A stretch of DNA of 28,817 nt from a bacterium (lineage in GTDB: Bacteria > CALINM01), in the NCBI GenBank assembly GCA_041640455.1, contig JBEQAF010000018.1:1-28817 (forward strand), given 5' to 3'. The notes beneath the pieces were generated by a model that made no database searches, was not told where the DNA came from, and worked only from the letters and a program-made list of their open reading frames with translations. Positions 1 to 9,323 of the stretch are shown piece by piece. Within the stretch, counting starts at the first letter, position 1; every line of letters begins with the position of its first letter. The position numbers and the translations under genes were made by a program.

Positions 1-2
1 AC

Positions 3-86
3 TCTAAAAGGAAGAGACAGCTTGGTAAGAGCGATGTACTTAATACAACACAGGCAAATATTATAAAAGAAGTATTACATTTATAA
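3..86 (+). CDS. rpmI: 50S ribosomal protein L35, C-terminal part (truncated by window edge)
   Basis: Hand translation SKRKRQLGKSDVLNTTQANIIKEVLHL* ends at TAA 84-86. It is a basic L35-like C-terminus immediately upstream of rplT, the usual position. Confidence 0.85.
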   Translation, partial: SKRKRQLGKSDVLNTTQANIIKEVLHL

Positions 87-101
87 CGGAGGAATTAAGT
101 T

Positions 102-446
102 ATGCCAAGAGCGAAAGGCGGATTTAAGACAAGAAGAAGACACAACAAGTACCTTAAGTTAGCTAAAGGATACTGGGGTGCAAGACATAGGCTTTATAAG
201 ATTGCGAGGGTAGCCGTAGAGAGAGGGCTTGCCTTCGCTTTTCATGGAAGAAAGCTTAGAAAAAGGGAGTTCAGAACGCTATGGATTTCAAGGATTAATG
301 CCTTTGCGAGGACGCTGGGGTTGTCTTATAGCAAGCTTATAAATAGGCTTAACAAGGCTGATATTGCCATTGACAGAAAAATACTGGCTGAGCTGGCAGT
401 GACTGATCCAAAGGCATTGGAGACCATAGTCAGATCGGTATGCTAA
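102..446 (+). CDS. rplT: 50S ribosomal protein L20
   Basis: MPRAKGG...LAKGYWGAR...RKREFRTLWISRINA...DRKILAELAV; SD GGAGG upstream. Confidence 0.98.
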   Translation: MPRAKGGFKTRRRHNKYLKLAKGYWGARHRLYKIARVAVERGLAFAFHGRKLRKREFRTLWISRINAFARTLGLSYSKLINRLNKADIAIDRKILAELAVTDPKALETIVRSVC

Positions 447-1465
447 GCAAAGAAGCTCTTGAAGAAATTAAAAAGGAAGCCATATCATCTCTGAAAGAGA
501 TTACAACCGAAAAAGAATGGGCAGACAAAAAGGCTCATTTTTTAGGCAAGAAGGGGAGGGTACAGGAACTCCTTAAACATCTGCCTCAGCTTTCAATAGA
601 AGAAAGAAAAGAGTTTGGCGCAAGAATTAATGATCTTAAAGTTCAGTTAGAAGAGCTTTTTGAAGATAAGCTCAGTCAGATTAAGGCTGAGCAGAAGACA
701 AAAAGATTACTTGAAAAAAAGGTTGATATTACTCTGCCCGGGAAACGGTTTTTTAAAACGGGTAGAGTTCATCCGTTGACTCGAGTTACCCATGAGATAC
801 TCGATATCTTTCAGAGTCTTGGCTTTGAGGTAGAAGAAGGTCCTGAAATTGAGCTTGACTATTACAACTTTGAGGCTTTAAATATCCCTAAGGAGCACCC
901 TGCAAGAGATATGCAGGATACATTCTATATAGATGAAAGTATGCTCTTGAGAACTCATACATCGCCAGTTCAGATAAGGGTTATGGAGAAAAAAAAACCA
1001 CCTCTTATGATCGTCTGTCCTGGCAAGGTTTACAGAAGAGACTCAGATGTTACTCACAGCCCTATGTTTCATCAGATAGAAGGCTTTATGGTGGACAAAA
1101 ATGTAAGTTTTTCACATCTAAAGGGGGTACTTACGGAGTTTCTTCACGGCTTTTTTGGTAGTGAAAAAAATGTAAGGTTCAGACCAAGCTATTTTCCTTT
1201 TACAGAGCCCAGTGCTGAGGTAGATATTGAATGTGTTGTCTGTGAAGGGAAGGGTTGCAGGATCTGTAAGCAGACAGGCTGGCTTGAGGTGCTTGGCTGT
1301 GGTATGATACATCCCTATTTATTTAGTGTGGTTGGTTATGACAATAGTTTATTCTCCGGATTTGCATTCGGGCTGGGTGTGGAAAGGCTTACCATGCTTA
1401 AATATGCCATAGATGATATAAGGCTTTTTTACGAAGGAAACATCAGTTTTCTGGAGCAGTTGTAA
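440..1465 (+). CDS. pheS: Phenylalanine-tRNA ligase alpha subunit
   Basis: Motifs HPARDMQDTFY, LLRTHTSPVQ, RFRPSYFPFTEPSAE, GFAFGLGVERL; overlaps rplT by 7 nt. Confidence 0.98.
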   Translation: MLSKEALEEIKKEAISSLKEITTEKEWADKKAHFLGKKGRVQELLKHLPQLSIEERKEFGARINDLKVQLEELFEDKLSQIKAEQKTKRLLEKKVDITLPGKRFFKTGRVHPLTRVTHEILDIFQSLGFEVEEGPEIELDYYNFEALNIPKEHPARDMQDTFYIDESMLLRTHTSPVQIRVMEKKKPPLMIVCPGKVYRRDSDVTHSPMFHQIEGFMVDKNVSFSHLKGVLTEFLHGFFGSEKNVRFRPSYFPFTEPSAEVDIECVVCEGKGCRICKQTGWLEVLGCGMIHPYLFSVVGYDNSLFSGFAFGLGVERLTMLKYAIDDIRLFYEGNISFLEQL

Positions 1466-3876
1466 TGCTTATTTCCCTTAAATGGTTAAAAGATTTTATT
1501 CTTATAGAAGAAAGTCCGTCTGAACTGGCTTTTAAGCTTACCATGGCTGGATTTGAGGTAGAAGAGATTATTGATCTAAAACAATCTTTCAATGATTGCG
1601 TAGTTGGTCTGGTAACAGAAGTATCCGATCATCCAAAGGCTGATAAGCTGAAAGTATGTAAAGTTTCAATAGGTGAAAATCTACTCAACATAGTCTGTGG
1701 GGCTCCAAATGTGGCTAAGGGACAGAAGGTGGTGGTTGCGCTTCCAGGAGCTAAGCTTGTAACCGGAAATATTGAAAAAACCGTTATAAGAGATGTTGAG
1801 TCATATGGAATGCTCTGTTCTGAAAAGGATCTTGGTTTTACTGCCAGCTCCACTGGTATAATTGTTTTGAATGATAAAGTAAATGTGGGCGAAAAAATAT
1901 GGGAAGAAGCATACAGAGATCTTGATGATCTGGTTTTGAACATAAACGTTACACCTAACAGAGGAGACTGCCTGTCTCATCTGGGTATTGCAAGAGAGGT
2001 TTCTGCCATAACAAGAAAACCCCTACAGTATGAGAGCAGTGTCTTTAATCTTGTAGAAAAGGCTGACTTTGTTGACATAGAGATTTATGATCCAGATCTC
2101 TGTCCCAGATACACGGCGATGCTTATTAGAAACGCAGGAATTGGAGATGCCCCCGATTATATGAAGATAAGGCTTTTTGCATGCGGGATGAGGTCTATAA
2201 GTAATATAGTAGATATTACAAATTATGTGATGCTGGATACAGGGCAGCCGCTTCATGCCTTTGATTATGAGAAAATTAGGGATAAAAAAATTATTGTTAG
2301 AAAGGCAAAGCCTGGAGAAACCATAATAACACTGGATGGTAAAGAAAGAGAGCTTATACCTGATGATCTTGTTATTGCCGATTCAGAGAGAGCAATTGCC
2401 ATAGCAGGAGTTATGGGGGGGCTTAATACGGAGGTCACAGAAAAAACAAAAACCATATTGCTGGAAAGCGCATATTTTTATCCGCCTTCTATAAGAAAAA
2501 CTGCCAAACGCCTTAGCATTCCCTCGGAAGCATCGTACAGATTTGAAAGAGGTGTTGATATATCAGGGGTGCCCAATGCGGCGTTTAAGGCATCTTCACT
2601 AATGCATTCCGTTTGTGGGGGGAGATTTGAGAATACTATTGTTGACTGCTATCCTAAAAAACACCGCAGAACAAATATTAAATTTTTCCCCGAAAGATGT
2701 TCTGTCTATCTGGGTGCTAAGGATATAATGAAAAGGGCAGAGGAAAGACTTCTATCTCTAGGTTTTGAGATTACAAAAAAGAGCTTTGAGTGGGACATAA
2801 TTGTGCCTTCTTATAGACCTGATGTGACCATTGAAGAGGATGTATATGAAGAGATTGCCAGACTTGGCTTTTATGAGGAGATTCCGCCAACCCTTCCATC
2901 TGTAAAGATTAAAGGCGTCAGAAGAAACAACAATGATTTTGCTGAAAAATTAAGGGCAAAGTTTGTTAATTTTGGAGGTTTTGAGGTAATAAACTACAGC
3001 TTTATCAGACAAAAAGAGCTGGAAAAATCAAGATTATCTGATTTATATGCAGACAGGCTTGTATATATTAAAAATCCTTTAACCGATGAACTAACAGTAA
3101 TGAGACCGTCATCTGTTCCTTCATTACTTTCTGTTGTGGAGACCAATCACAAAAGAAACAACTTTGACTTTTTTATTTTTGAAGTGGGGAAAAAATATTT
3201 TCTAAAAAAAGATGAATCAAAAAATAAACCCGAAGAGATAAAGCTCATATCTCTTGCCTTTTCTGGAAATCTTTATGAAAAATCATGGTATACCACAGAA
3301 GAACCCTATGATTTTTTTAATACTAAGGGGATAATTGAGTCTGTTATTGATGACCTTACCAATGTGCCCATTGAAGTAAAGCCAGTTAGTGCTGAAAATT
3401 ATCCCTTCTTAAACCCTGCTTCTTCCTGTGAGATCTTTATTGATAACAAGAATGCTGGTTTTTTAGGACTTCTGCATCCTGATGTTTCAGAAAACTATGA
3501 GTTCAGGAGAGACATCTATCTGGCAGAGCTGGACTATGACCTTATTAAATCTCTTTATTTCAACAGAAGAAGCTATTATTACGGTTTTTCAAAATTTCCC
3601 AGTGTTGATAGGGATATAACGGTGATAGTAAATGAAGATCTACCCGTAGCAAGGATTTTTAGTGTTATCTTTGCTTCAGGTACGGAGCTGCTGAAAAATG
3701 TTAGACTTACAGATATGTTTAAGGGAGAAAAGATCGGGGCAGGAAGAAAAAGTCTTACTTTTAAGCTGATTTTCCAGTCCATGGATAGGACACTAAACGA
3801 CGAAGAGGTAAACAGGGAGAACCAGCAGATTGCGGAAAATCTGATTAAAGAGCTGGCAGTTGATTTTCCAAAATAA
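1465..3876 (+). CDS. pheT: Phenylalanine-tRNA ligase beta subunit
   Basis: Motifs IVCGAPNV, TPNRGDCLSHLGIARE, GQPLHAFD, ASYRFERGVD and C-terminal FDX-ACB domain; TAATG overlap with pheS. Confidence 0.98.
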   Translation: MLISLKWLKDFILIEESPSELAFKLTMAGFEVEEIIDLKQSFNDCVVGLVTEVSDHPKADKLKVCKVSIGENLLNIVCGAPNVAKGQKVVVALPGAKLVTGNIEKTVIRDVESYGMLCSEKDLGFTASSTGIIVLNDKVNVGEKIWEEAYRDLDDLVLNINVTPNRGDCLSHLGIAREVSAITRKPLQYESSVFNLVEKADFVDIEIYDPDLCPRYTAMLIRNAGIGDAPDYMKIRLFACGMRSISNIVDITNYVMLDTGQPLHAFDYEKIRDKKIIVRKAKPGETIITLDGKERELIPDDLVIADSERAIAIAGVMGGLNTEVTEKTKTILLESAYFYPPSIRKTAKRLSIPSEASYRFERGVDISGVPNAAFKASSLMHSVCGGRFENTIVDCYPKKHRRTNIKFFPERCSVYLGAKDIMKRAEERLLSLGFEITKKSFEWDIIVPSYRPDVTIEEDVYEEIARLGFYEEIPPTLPSVKIKGVRRNNNDFAEKLRAKFVNFGGFEVINYSFIRQKELEKSRLSDLYADRLVYIKNPLTDELTVMRPSSVPSLLSVVETNHKRNNFDFFIFEVGKKYFLKKDESKNKPEEIKLISLAFSGNLYEKSWYTTEEPYDFFNTKGIIESVIDDLTNVPIEVKPVSAENYPFLNPASSCEIFIDNKNAGFLGLLHPDVSENYEFRRDIYLAELDYDLIKSLYFNRRSYYYGFSKFPSVDRDITVIVNEDLPVARIFSVIFASGTELLKNVRLTDMFKGEKIGAGRKSLTFKLIFQSMDRTLNDEEVNRENQQIAENLIKELAVDFPK

Positions 3877-3898
3877 TTTACAAGAGGAGAGGTTTTGT

Positions 3899-4183
3899 AT
3901 GACAAAGCAGGATTTAATCAGGTATATGATGGAAGAGCTTGGTTATTCAAGAAGAGATGCGATGGCTCTCATTGACCAGACCTTTGAAATAATTAAGAAA
4001 ACACTTTTAAAAGGTGAAAGCGTTAAAATAACTAATTTTGGAAATTTTGTCGTTAGAGAAAAGGGAGAAAGGATAGGCAGAAATCCAAAGACCAAAGAAG
4101 AGTACGTGATTAAGAAAAGAACGACCGTGATATTCAAGCCTGCAACAAACCTGAGGAAAGAACTGAAAAAACAGGTGAAATAA
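3899..4183 (+). CDS. ihfA: Integration host factor alpha / HU-family DNA-binding protein
   Basis: MTKQDLI...FGNFVVREKGERIGRNPKT; canonical position after pheT. Start moved to ATG 3899, behind SD AGGAG. Confidence 0.9.
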   Translation: MTKQDLIRYMMEELGYSRRDAMALIDQTFEIIKKTLLKGESVKITNFGNFVVREKGERIGRNPKTKEEYVIKKRTTVIFKPATNLRKELKKQVK

Positions 4184-4199
4184 TATTATAAAATAAACA

Positions 4200-4511
4200 A
4201 TGATTGAGAAAAAATACTTTAAGATTGGTGAGGTTTGTAAGCTTGCAAATGTAAAGCCTCATGTCTTAAGGTACTGGGAAAAGGAGATCAAGGATATAAA
4301 GCCTGAAAGATCTCTTAAAAATCAGCGGCTTTATTCGAGACAAACGCTGGATAAAATAATTGAGATAAAAAATCTACTGGATAAGGGATACAAGCTGGAG
4401 GCTGTTAAAAGCAAAATAGGTAAAGAAGGCATTTCAAAGGAAGATAAAATGAAACTTTTTTTGATAGATTTAAAAAGAAACTTGCAAATCATAAGAAATC
4501 TGTTAGAATAA
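4200..4511 (+). CDS. MerR-family HTH transcriptional regulator
   Basis: KKYFKIGEVCKLANVKPHVLRYWEKE...RLYS; conserved ihfA-merR-tRNA-Pro arrangement. Confidence 0.92.
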   Translation: MIEKKYFKIGEVCKLANVKPHVLRYWEKEIKDIKPERSLKNQRLYSRQTLDKIIEIKNLLDKGYKLEAVKSKIGKEGISKEDKMKLFLIDLKRNLQIIRNLLE

Positions 4512-4520
4512 ACAATTGCT

Positions 4521-4597
4521 CGGGATGTAGCGCAGCCTGGTAGCGCACACGCTTGGGGTGCGTGTGGTCGTGGGTTCAAATCCCGCCATCCCGACCA
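4521..4597 (+). tRNA. tRNA-Pro (GGG)
   Basis: Acceptor stem CGGGATG/CATCCCG, D arm GCGCAGCCTGGTAGCGC, anticodon stem CACGC/GCGTG with loop TTGGGGT, T loop GTTCAAATC, encoded CCA end; 77 nt. Confidence 0.97.
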
Positions 4598-4601
4598 TTT
4601 C

Positions 4602-5441
4602 TTAAAATTTCTCTATTATATTTCCTTTCTCGTCAAATTTAGCTGCCAATACAAACGGATCGTGGTAAAAAGTAAGCCAGGCATTGTGTTCTTGAGCGAA
4701 CTTTTCCCAGATCTCCTTCTGCTTTATAGATTCCATAGGAAAGTTATCGTAAGCCATTACCCACAGGGGGTTATAATGGGAATGCATGGGCATAAGATCT
4801 CCAAAATGAATAGCCATCTCTCCTCTGGATTCAATTATAACAATCTGGTGCCCGCCGTTATGTCCACCTGTAAATACAGCTTTTACCCCCTTTACAATCT
4901 CATGCTGACCATCAATTAGCAGAAGGTTACTACTTTCTCTTAGCTTTTCGTTATTAATTGTCCAGTAAGTATTGATAGAACGGTTATTGGGATTTAAAAC
5001 ATCATGCCATTCCTTAGCCTGAATCACATATTTTGCATTGGTAAATGTAATCTCAATCTCCCCGTCTTTATTTTTCATAATTGCGCCGCCTGCATGATCA
5101 AAGTCAAAATGAGTAAGAATCACATAATTTATATCTGCTGTAGTAAATCCAAGCTTTCCAAGCTCTTCTGGTATCTGCCAGTCTTCTTTTACATGGTAAA
5201 TAGCCTTCTGTTTGTCTGTAAGTTTATTTCCGAGCCCTGTTTCTATTAATATTAAATCTTCTTTTGTTTTAATGAGTATAGGCCAAGTTACCATCGGGAT
5301 ATAGTTTTCAGCATCGGATGGATATTTTTTTGACCAAAGTACCTTGGGAACCACGCCAAACATGGCACCTCCGTCAAGCTCAAACACTCCGCCGTTAAGC
5401 CAGAAAAGCTCAAATTCTCCAATCTTTAATGGACCTCTCAT
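4602..5441 (-). CDS. Metallo-beta-lactamase-fold hydrolase, YtnP-like
   Basis: LDGGAMFGVVPKVLW, THFDFDHAGG, GGHNGGHQ, GDLMP, WVMAYD, FYHDP. Start moved to ATG 5441, behind SD AAGGAG. Confidence 0.88.
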   Translation of the reverse strand: MRGPLKIGEFELFWLNGGVFELDGGAMFGVVPKVLWSKKYPSDAENYIPMVTWPILIKTKEDLILIETGLGNKLTDKQKAIYHVKEDWQIPEELGKLGFTTADINYVILTHFDFDHAGGAIMKNKDGEIEITFTNAKYVIQAKEWHDVLNPNNRSINTYWTINNEKLRESSNLLLIDGQHEIVKGVKAVFTGGHNGGHQIVIIESRGEMAIHFGDLMPMHSHYNPLWVMAYDNFPMESIKQKEIWEKFAQEHNAWLTFYHDPFVLAAKFDEKGNIIEKF

Positions 5442-5725
5442 ATATGTCTCCTTAAATATTATTTTCAATATATGATTATATCAAGATTATTGGAGACAAC
5501 AAGTAGATAAAGATTATAAATTGTTAAGATTTGAAGCTGTTGGCAGTTTAAAAAAATCTGGTTAATTAGAAATTTTTATTTTACAATCTGAAGGACAAAT
5601 TGATGTTAGGATTATTGAGTATAATAGAATCATAATTAGTTTTACAAAATTAATGGCTTTATCTTTTTTTATCAGACTATTATAATATTTCAAGCATTTT
5701 GAAAATTTTTTTAAGCTTTTTTTAT

Positions 5726-5746
5726 GGCGGAGATACCGCCTTTTTT
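5726..5746 (+). terminator. Terminator-like GC hairpin plus T6 just upstream of the histidine kinase SD
   Basis: GGCGG-AGATA-CCGCC-TTTTTT, followed by GGGGGAAG and GTG at 5755. Confidence 0.35.
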
Positions 5747-5754
5747 GGGGGAAG

Positions 5755-7701
5755 GTGTTGCAGTTTTTTAAAGAGCTAAAGATTAAATGGAAAATTCTGA
5801 CCATTGTTCTACCTCTTTCTATTATCCCCATAATCCTTGTTAGTCTTATAATCGGCTATATTGCTACCAGTAAGGCTTATAAAAGCATTACCAGAGTTAG
5901 TGAGCAGGATCTTAACCATATTGCCGAGTTTACAAGAGATCTTTTAAACTCCCATTACAATCAGTTTCATGTTTACCGTGAAGAGAAGATTACCTATCTG
6001 AAAAAGGATCTCTCCTCCATAGCTAAACTATCCTATAACGTTATAGAAAGCTATTATAAACAGTATAAAGAAAACAAGTTATCCATTGAATCTGCCAGGT
6101 CTGAGGCTAAAAGGGCTTTAAAAAATATCTCCATAGGAGAGGGCGGATATATATATGTAATTGACAGCAAGGGGTTTCTGATAAGTCACGTGGCAAAGGA
6201 AGGTGAGAATATTATAAACGAAAGAGATGATAAGGGAAGATATTTTATCAGGGAAATCATATCAAGGGCAAGGTCATCAAAGTTTAAAGAGATTCAGTAT
6301 ATCGTTTATCCATGGAAGAACGAAAAGCTTGGAGAAAAGGAAGCACGTAACAAACTGGTTGCATTTATATATTTTAAAGAATGGGATTGGATTATAGGAG
6401 TAGGAAGCTATCTGGAAGACAAGATATCTTACGAGTTTGAAAAGAAGGCTTTTGATGACCTGAAGAGAATTATTAAAAGTAAAAAGGTTGGTGATACGGG
6501 TTACATATATATTATTGATCTTCAAGGGAATCTGGTTGTTCATCCTGCAAGAGAAGGTGAAAATATATATGACTCTCAGGACATTGAAGGAAAATACTTT
6601 ATTCAGGAGATGATTGAAAAGAAAAATGGCTGGATACGATATCCATGGAAAAATCCTGAGGAGACAGAGGCAAGATATAAGATTGTAAGATATCTTCATT
6701 TTGAGCCCTATAACTGGATTGTAGCCGCTGGCTCTTATGAGAACGAGTTTTACAGCGAGGCAAACAGAATTAAACAGTATGTGTTGACCAATATGATACT
6801 TATTCTTCTGGTATTTCTTATACTTGGTTTCGCCTTAAGCGTATATGTTTCAGATAGACTGACTCAGCCTATTTCAAGAATTATAGATGCAGTAAGAGAT
6901 GTCAAAAAGGGTAATCTGGAAAACAAGGTCTATATTGACAGCGGAGACGAACTTGCTGAACTTGCTGATAACATTAATAGGATGATGGATATTCTGGCTA
7001 AACAGAAAGAGCTGGAAAAGACACTGAACGAGCAGACAAAGCTGGCTTCACTTGGGGTTCTTGCCTCTTCAGTTGCTCATGAGATTAATAATCCACTTGG
7101 TGTAATTCTTGGCTATCTAAGCTTTATGGAAGGCAAGCTAACTCCCGACGATAAACTCTACAATTATCTTAAAGAGATGAAAGGCGAGTGTCAGAGATGT
7201 AAAAAGATAGTAGAAAATTTTCTCAACTTTGCAAGGATTCCAAAGCCAGATGTTAAGCTGGTTAGCATTAACGAGCTCCTGACAGAGATTATTAGTTTTG
7301 TATCCAATCATCCAGAACTGAAAAATATTGAGATTAAGAAGGAGCTTGCTGATAATTTACCGCAGATATTTGTTGATCCTGATCAGATAAGGCAGGTTGC
7401 GTTAAACATGATTTTAAACAGTGCTGAGGCTATAGGGGGTGAAGGTATCATCAGAGTTAAAACTGAAAAAGTTACAGAAGGTTTTGTAAATATAATCTTT
7501 GAAGATAACGGACAGGGAATTCCTGAAGAAAATATTAAAAAGATATTTGAGCCCTTCTTTTCAACTAAAGTAAAAGGCACGGGGCTTGGTCTTGCCATAG
7601 TCAGGCAGATAGTTAAGCAGCATCTGGGAAATATAAGTGTTGAAAGTAAACCTAACGTTGGAACAAGATTTGTTATCACATTACCAGTTAGCATTACATG
7701 A
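5755..7701 (+). CDS. Membrane sensor histidine kinase (two Cache-type periplasmic repeats, HAMP, HisKA, HATPase)
   Basis: Two TM segments, repeated GYIY..D.KG..I.H/YPWKN/W..GSY units, H-box AHEINNPL, G boxes DNGQGI and KGTGLGL, F box FEPFFSTK; GTG start. Confidence 0.93.
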   Translation: MLQFFKELKIKWKILTIVLPLSIIPIILVSLIIGYIATSKAYKSITRVSEQDLNHIAEFTRDLLNSHYNQFHVYREEKITYLKKDLSSIAKLSYNVIESYYKQYKENKLSIESARSEAKRALKNISIGEGGYIYVIDSKGFLISHVAKEGENIINERDDKGRYFIREIISRARSSKFKEIQYIVYPWKNEKLGEKEARNKLVAFIYFKEWDWIIGVGSYLEDKISYEFEKKAFDDLKRIIKSKKVGDTGYIYIIDLQGNLVVHPAREGENIYDSQDIEGKYFIQEMIEKKNGWIRYPWKNPEETEARYKIVRYLHFEPYNWIVAAGSYENEFYSEANRIKQYVLTNMILILLVFLILGFALSVYVSDRLTQPISRIIDAVRDVKKGNLENKVYIDSGDELAELADNINRMMDILAKQKELEKTLNEQTKLASLGVLASSVAHEINNPLGVILGYLSFMEGKLTPDDKLYNYLKEMKGECQRCKKIVENFLNFARIPKPDVKLVSINELLTEIISFVSNHPELKNIEIKKELADNLPQIFVDPDQIRQVALNMILNSAEAIGGEGIIRVKTEKVTEGFVNIIFEDNGQGIPEENIKKIFEPFFSTKVKGTGLGLAIVRQIVKQHLGNISVESKPNVGTRFVITLPVSIT

Positions 7702-9065
7702 ACAGAATAGTTATTATTGATAATGATGAAGGACTTTTAAGGCTTATGAAAGCCATTCTTGAAGACGAAGGGTATAGTGTCTCCTCTTTTAATAACCCGG
7801 TAAAAGGTCTCGAAGATCTTAAACAAATAATACCATCTCTTGTTATAACAGATGTAAAAATGCCCGAGATGGACGGTATCGAGGTGCTTCAGCATGTAAA
7901 GCAGATTAACCCTACCATACCTGTGATACTGATAACTGCCCATGCAACAATTGATATTTCAATTCAGGCATTAAGACTTGGCGCTGAGGATATAATACTT
8001 AAGCCCTTTGAATCACCTGAGCTTGTTTTGAGAGTAAAAAACGCTCTTAAAAACAGCATGATTCTTAAGGAGAATATAAAGCTTAAAGAGGAGCTTTCTG
8101 GAAGGTTTAATTTTGACAATATTATCGGTTCGTCTAAAAAGATACTGGAGCTTATAGAGAAGGTAAAAAGGGTTTCTCTAACAGATATTCCAGTGTTAAT
8201 CACAGGCGAGTCAGGTACGGGTAAGGAGCTTGTTGCAAAGGCAATTCATTACAACTCAAAGAGAAAAGATAAACCTTTTGTAGCGGTTAACTGCGGAGCA
8301 ATTCCTCAGAATCTTGTAGAAAGCGAGCTTTTTGGTCATAAGAAGGGAGCCTTTACTGGCGCTATGGAGGACAGGAAGGGGCTCTTTGAGGAGGCAGATC
8401 AGGGAACTATATTTCTTGATGAGATAGGCAATCTTAGCATAGAAAGTCAGAAACAGCTTCTTAGAATTCTTCAGGAGAAGGAGATAAGAAGGGTAGGAGA
8501 TACAAAACATATTAAGATAGATGTGCGAGTCATATCTGCCACAAATGTTAATCTAAAAGATAGCATCAAGGAAGGAAAATTCCGTGAAGACCTTTACTAT
8601 AGACTAAATGGCATCACATTAAACATCCCTCCACTCAGGGAAAGGAGGGAGGATATACCCTTTCTTGTATCTCATTTTATAAAGGAATATAACAAGAAAT
8701 ATGGTACTGGTTTTACTGGATTGAGCAGTGATGCAATGGCTTTGCTAATAAACTATGATTGGGCGGGCAACGTAAGAGAGCTAAAAAACATCATAGAGGC
8801 TGCTCTTGCCTTATCTACAGAAGGTGGGCTGGTTGGCAGAGATATTTTAAGCCAGTTTGTAGAGTTTGAGGGTGCCGATGATATTTTCCAGCCAGGAGTG
8901 GAAGGAGAATACGTCAGGGCTCTCGAAAATTTTGAAAAAGAGTATTTCTTAAAGCTTCTAAAAAATACGGGATGGGATGTTGAAAGGGCTGCAAACACCG
9001 CAGGGATAAACATAGCTACCATTTACAGAAAGATAAAAAAGTATGGTTTAAGAAAGGATTTTTAA
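7698..9065 (+). CDS. NtrC-family sigma54-dependent response regulator (REC-AAA+-Fis HTH)
   Basis: Receiver TDVKMP, Walker A GESGTGKE, ESELFGHKKGAFTGA, Walker B FLDEIG, FREDLYYRL, WAGNVREL, C-terminal HTH; ATGA overlap with the kinase. Confidence 0.96.
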   Translation: MNRIVIIDNDEGLLRLMKAILEDEGYSVSSFNNPVKGLEDLKQIIPSLVITDVKMPEMDGIEVLQHVKQINPTIPVILITAHATIDISIQALRLGAEDIILKPFESPELVLRVKNALKNSMILKENIKLKEELSGRFNFDNIIGSSKKILELIEKVKRVSLTDIPVLITGESGTGKELVAKAIHYNSKRKDKPFVAVNCGAIPQNLVESELFGHKKGAFTGAMEDRKGLFEEADQGTIFLDEIGNLSIESQKQLLRILQEKEIRRVGDTKHIKIDVRVISATNVNLKDSIKEGKFREDLYYRLNGITLNIPPLRERREDIPFLVSHFIKEYNKKYGTGFTGLSSDAMALLINYDWAGNVRELKNIIEAALALSTEGGLVGRDILSQFVEFEGADDIFQPGVEGEYVRALENFEKEYFLKLLKNTGWDVERAANTAGINIATIYRKIKKYGLRKDF

Positions 9066-9071
9066 TATTAC

Positions 9072-9206
9072 TCGCATACATGCAAAAATCTCCGCATTTT
9101 ATAATCTCATCTGCATATAAACTTCTAATAGATCATTATAAGCAGTTATTGCTATCTTTAAAAAAATTATAAATCTCTATTGTATCCACCCTTAGCAGAT
9201 CTGCGA
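9072..9206. promoter_or_regulatory. Two candidate enhancer-binding-protein sites (TnGCA-N4-TGCnA)
   Basis: TCGCATACATGCAA at 9072-9085 and TAGCAGATCTGCGA at 9193-9206 (core GCAGATCTGC is a perfect palindrome), upstream of a sigma54-like element. Confidence 0.55.
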
Positions 9207-9281
9207 AAAATATTAAAATATTTTTCCCCCTTTTGTTAATAATTCACTGAAATAATTATAAATTATCAGAAGTAAATAGCA

Positions 9282-9297
9282 TGGCACATGAATTGTA
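9282..9297 (+). promoter_or_regulatory. Sigma54 -24/-12 promoter (variant -12)
   Basis: TGGCAC-ATGAA-TTGTA: GG-N10-GT versus consensus TGGCAC-N5-TTGCW; lies directly downstream of the sigma54 activator gene. Confidence 0.65.
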
Positions 9298-9323
9298 AAA
9301 GATGGGTTGCTAAGGAGGAAGAA

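Noticed and set aside
3860..3898. ORF-track N-terminal extensions of ihfA (3860), the MBL hydrolase (5468) and the Cys-rich ORF (9288)
   Set aside because: Downstream ATGs at 3899, 5441 and 9324 have well-placed SD sequences.
4331..4579. 82-aa minus-strand ORF
   Set aside because: It is the antisense reading of tRNA-Pro and merR.
4560..4601. tRNA-Pro 3' end as the attachment site of an integrated island
   Set aside because: No integrase in the window, and I found no downstream repeat of the tRNA 3' end.
5562..5831. 89-aa minus-strand ORF
   Set aside because: Overlaps the kinase start antisense and runs through low-complexity AT-rich intergenic DNA, with no motif.
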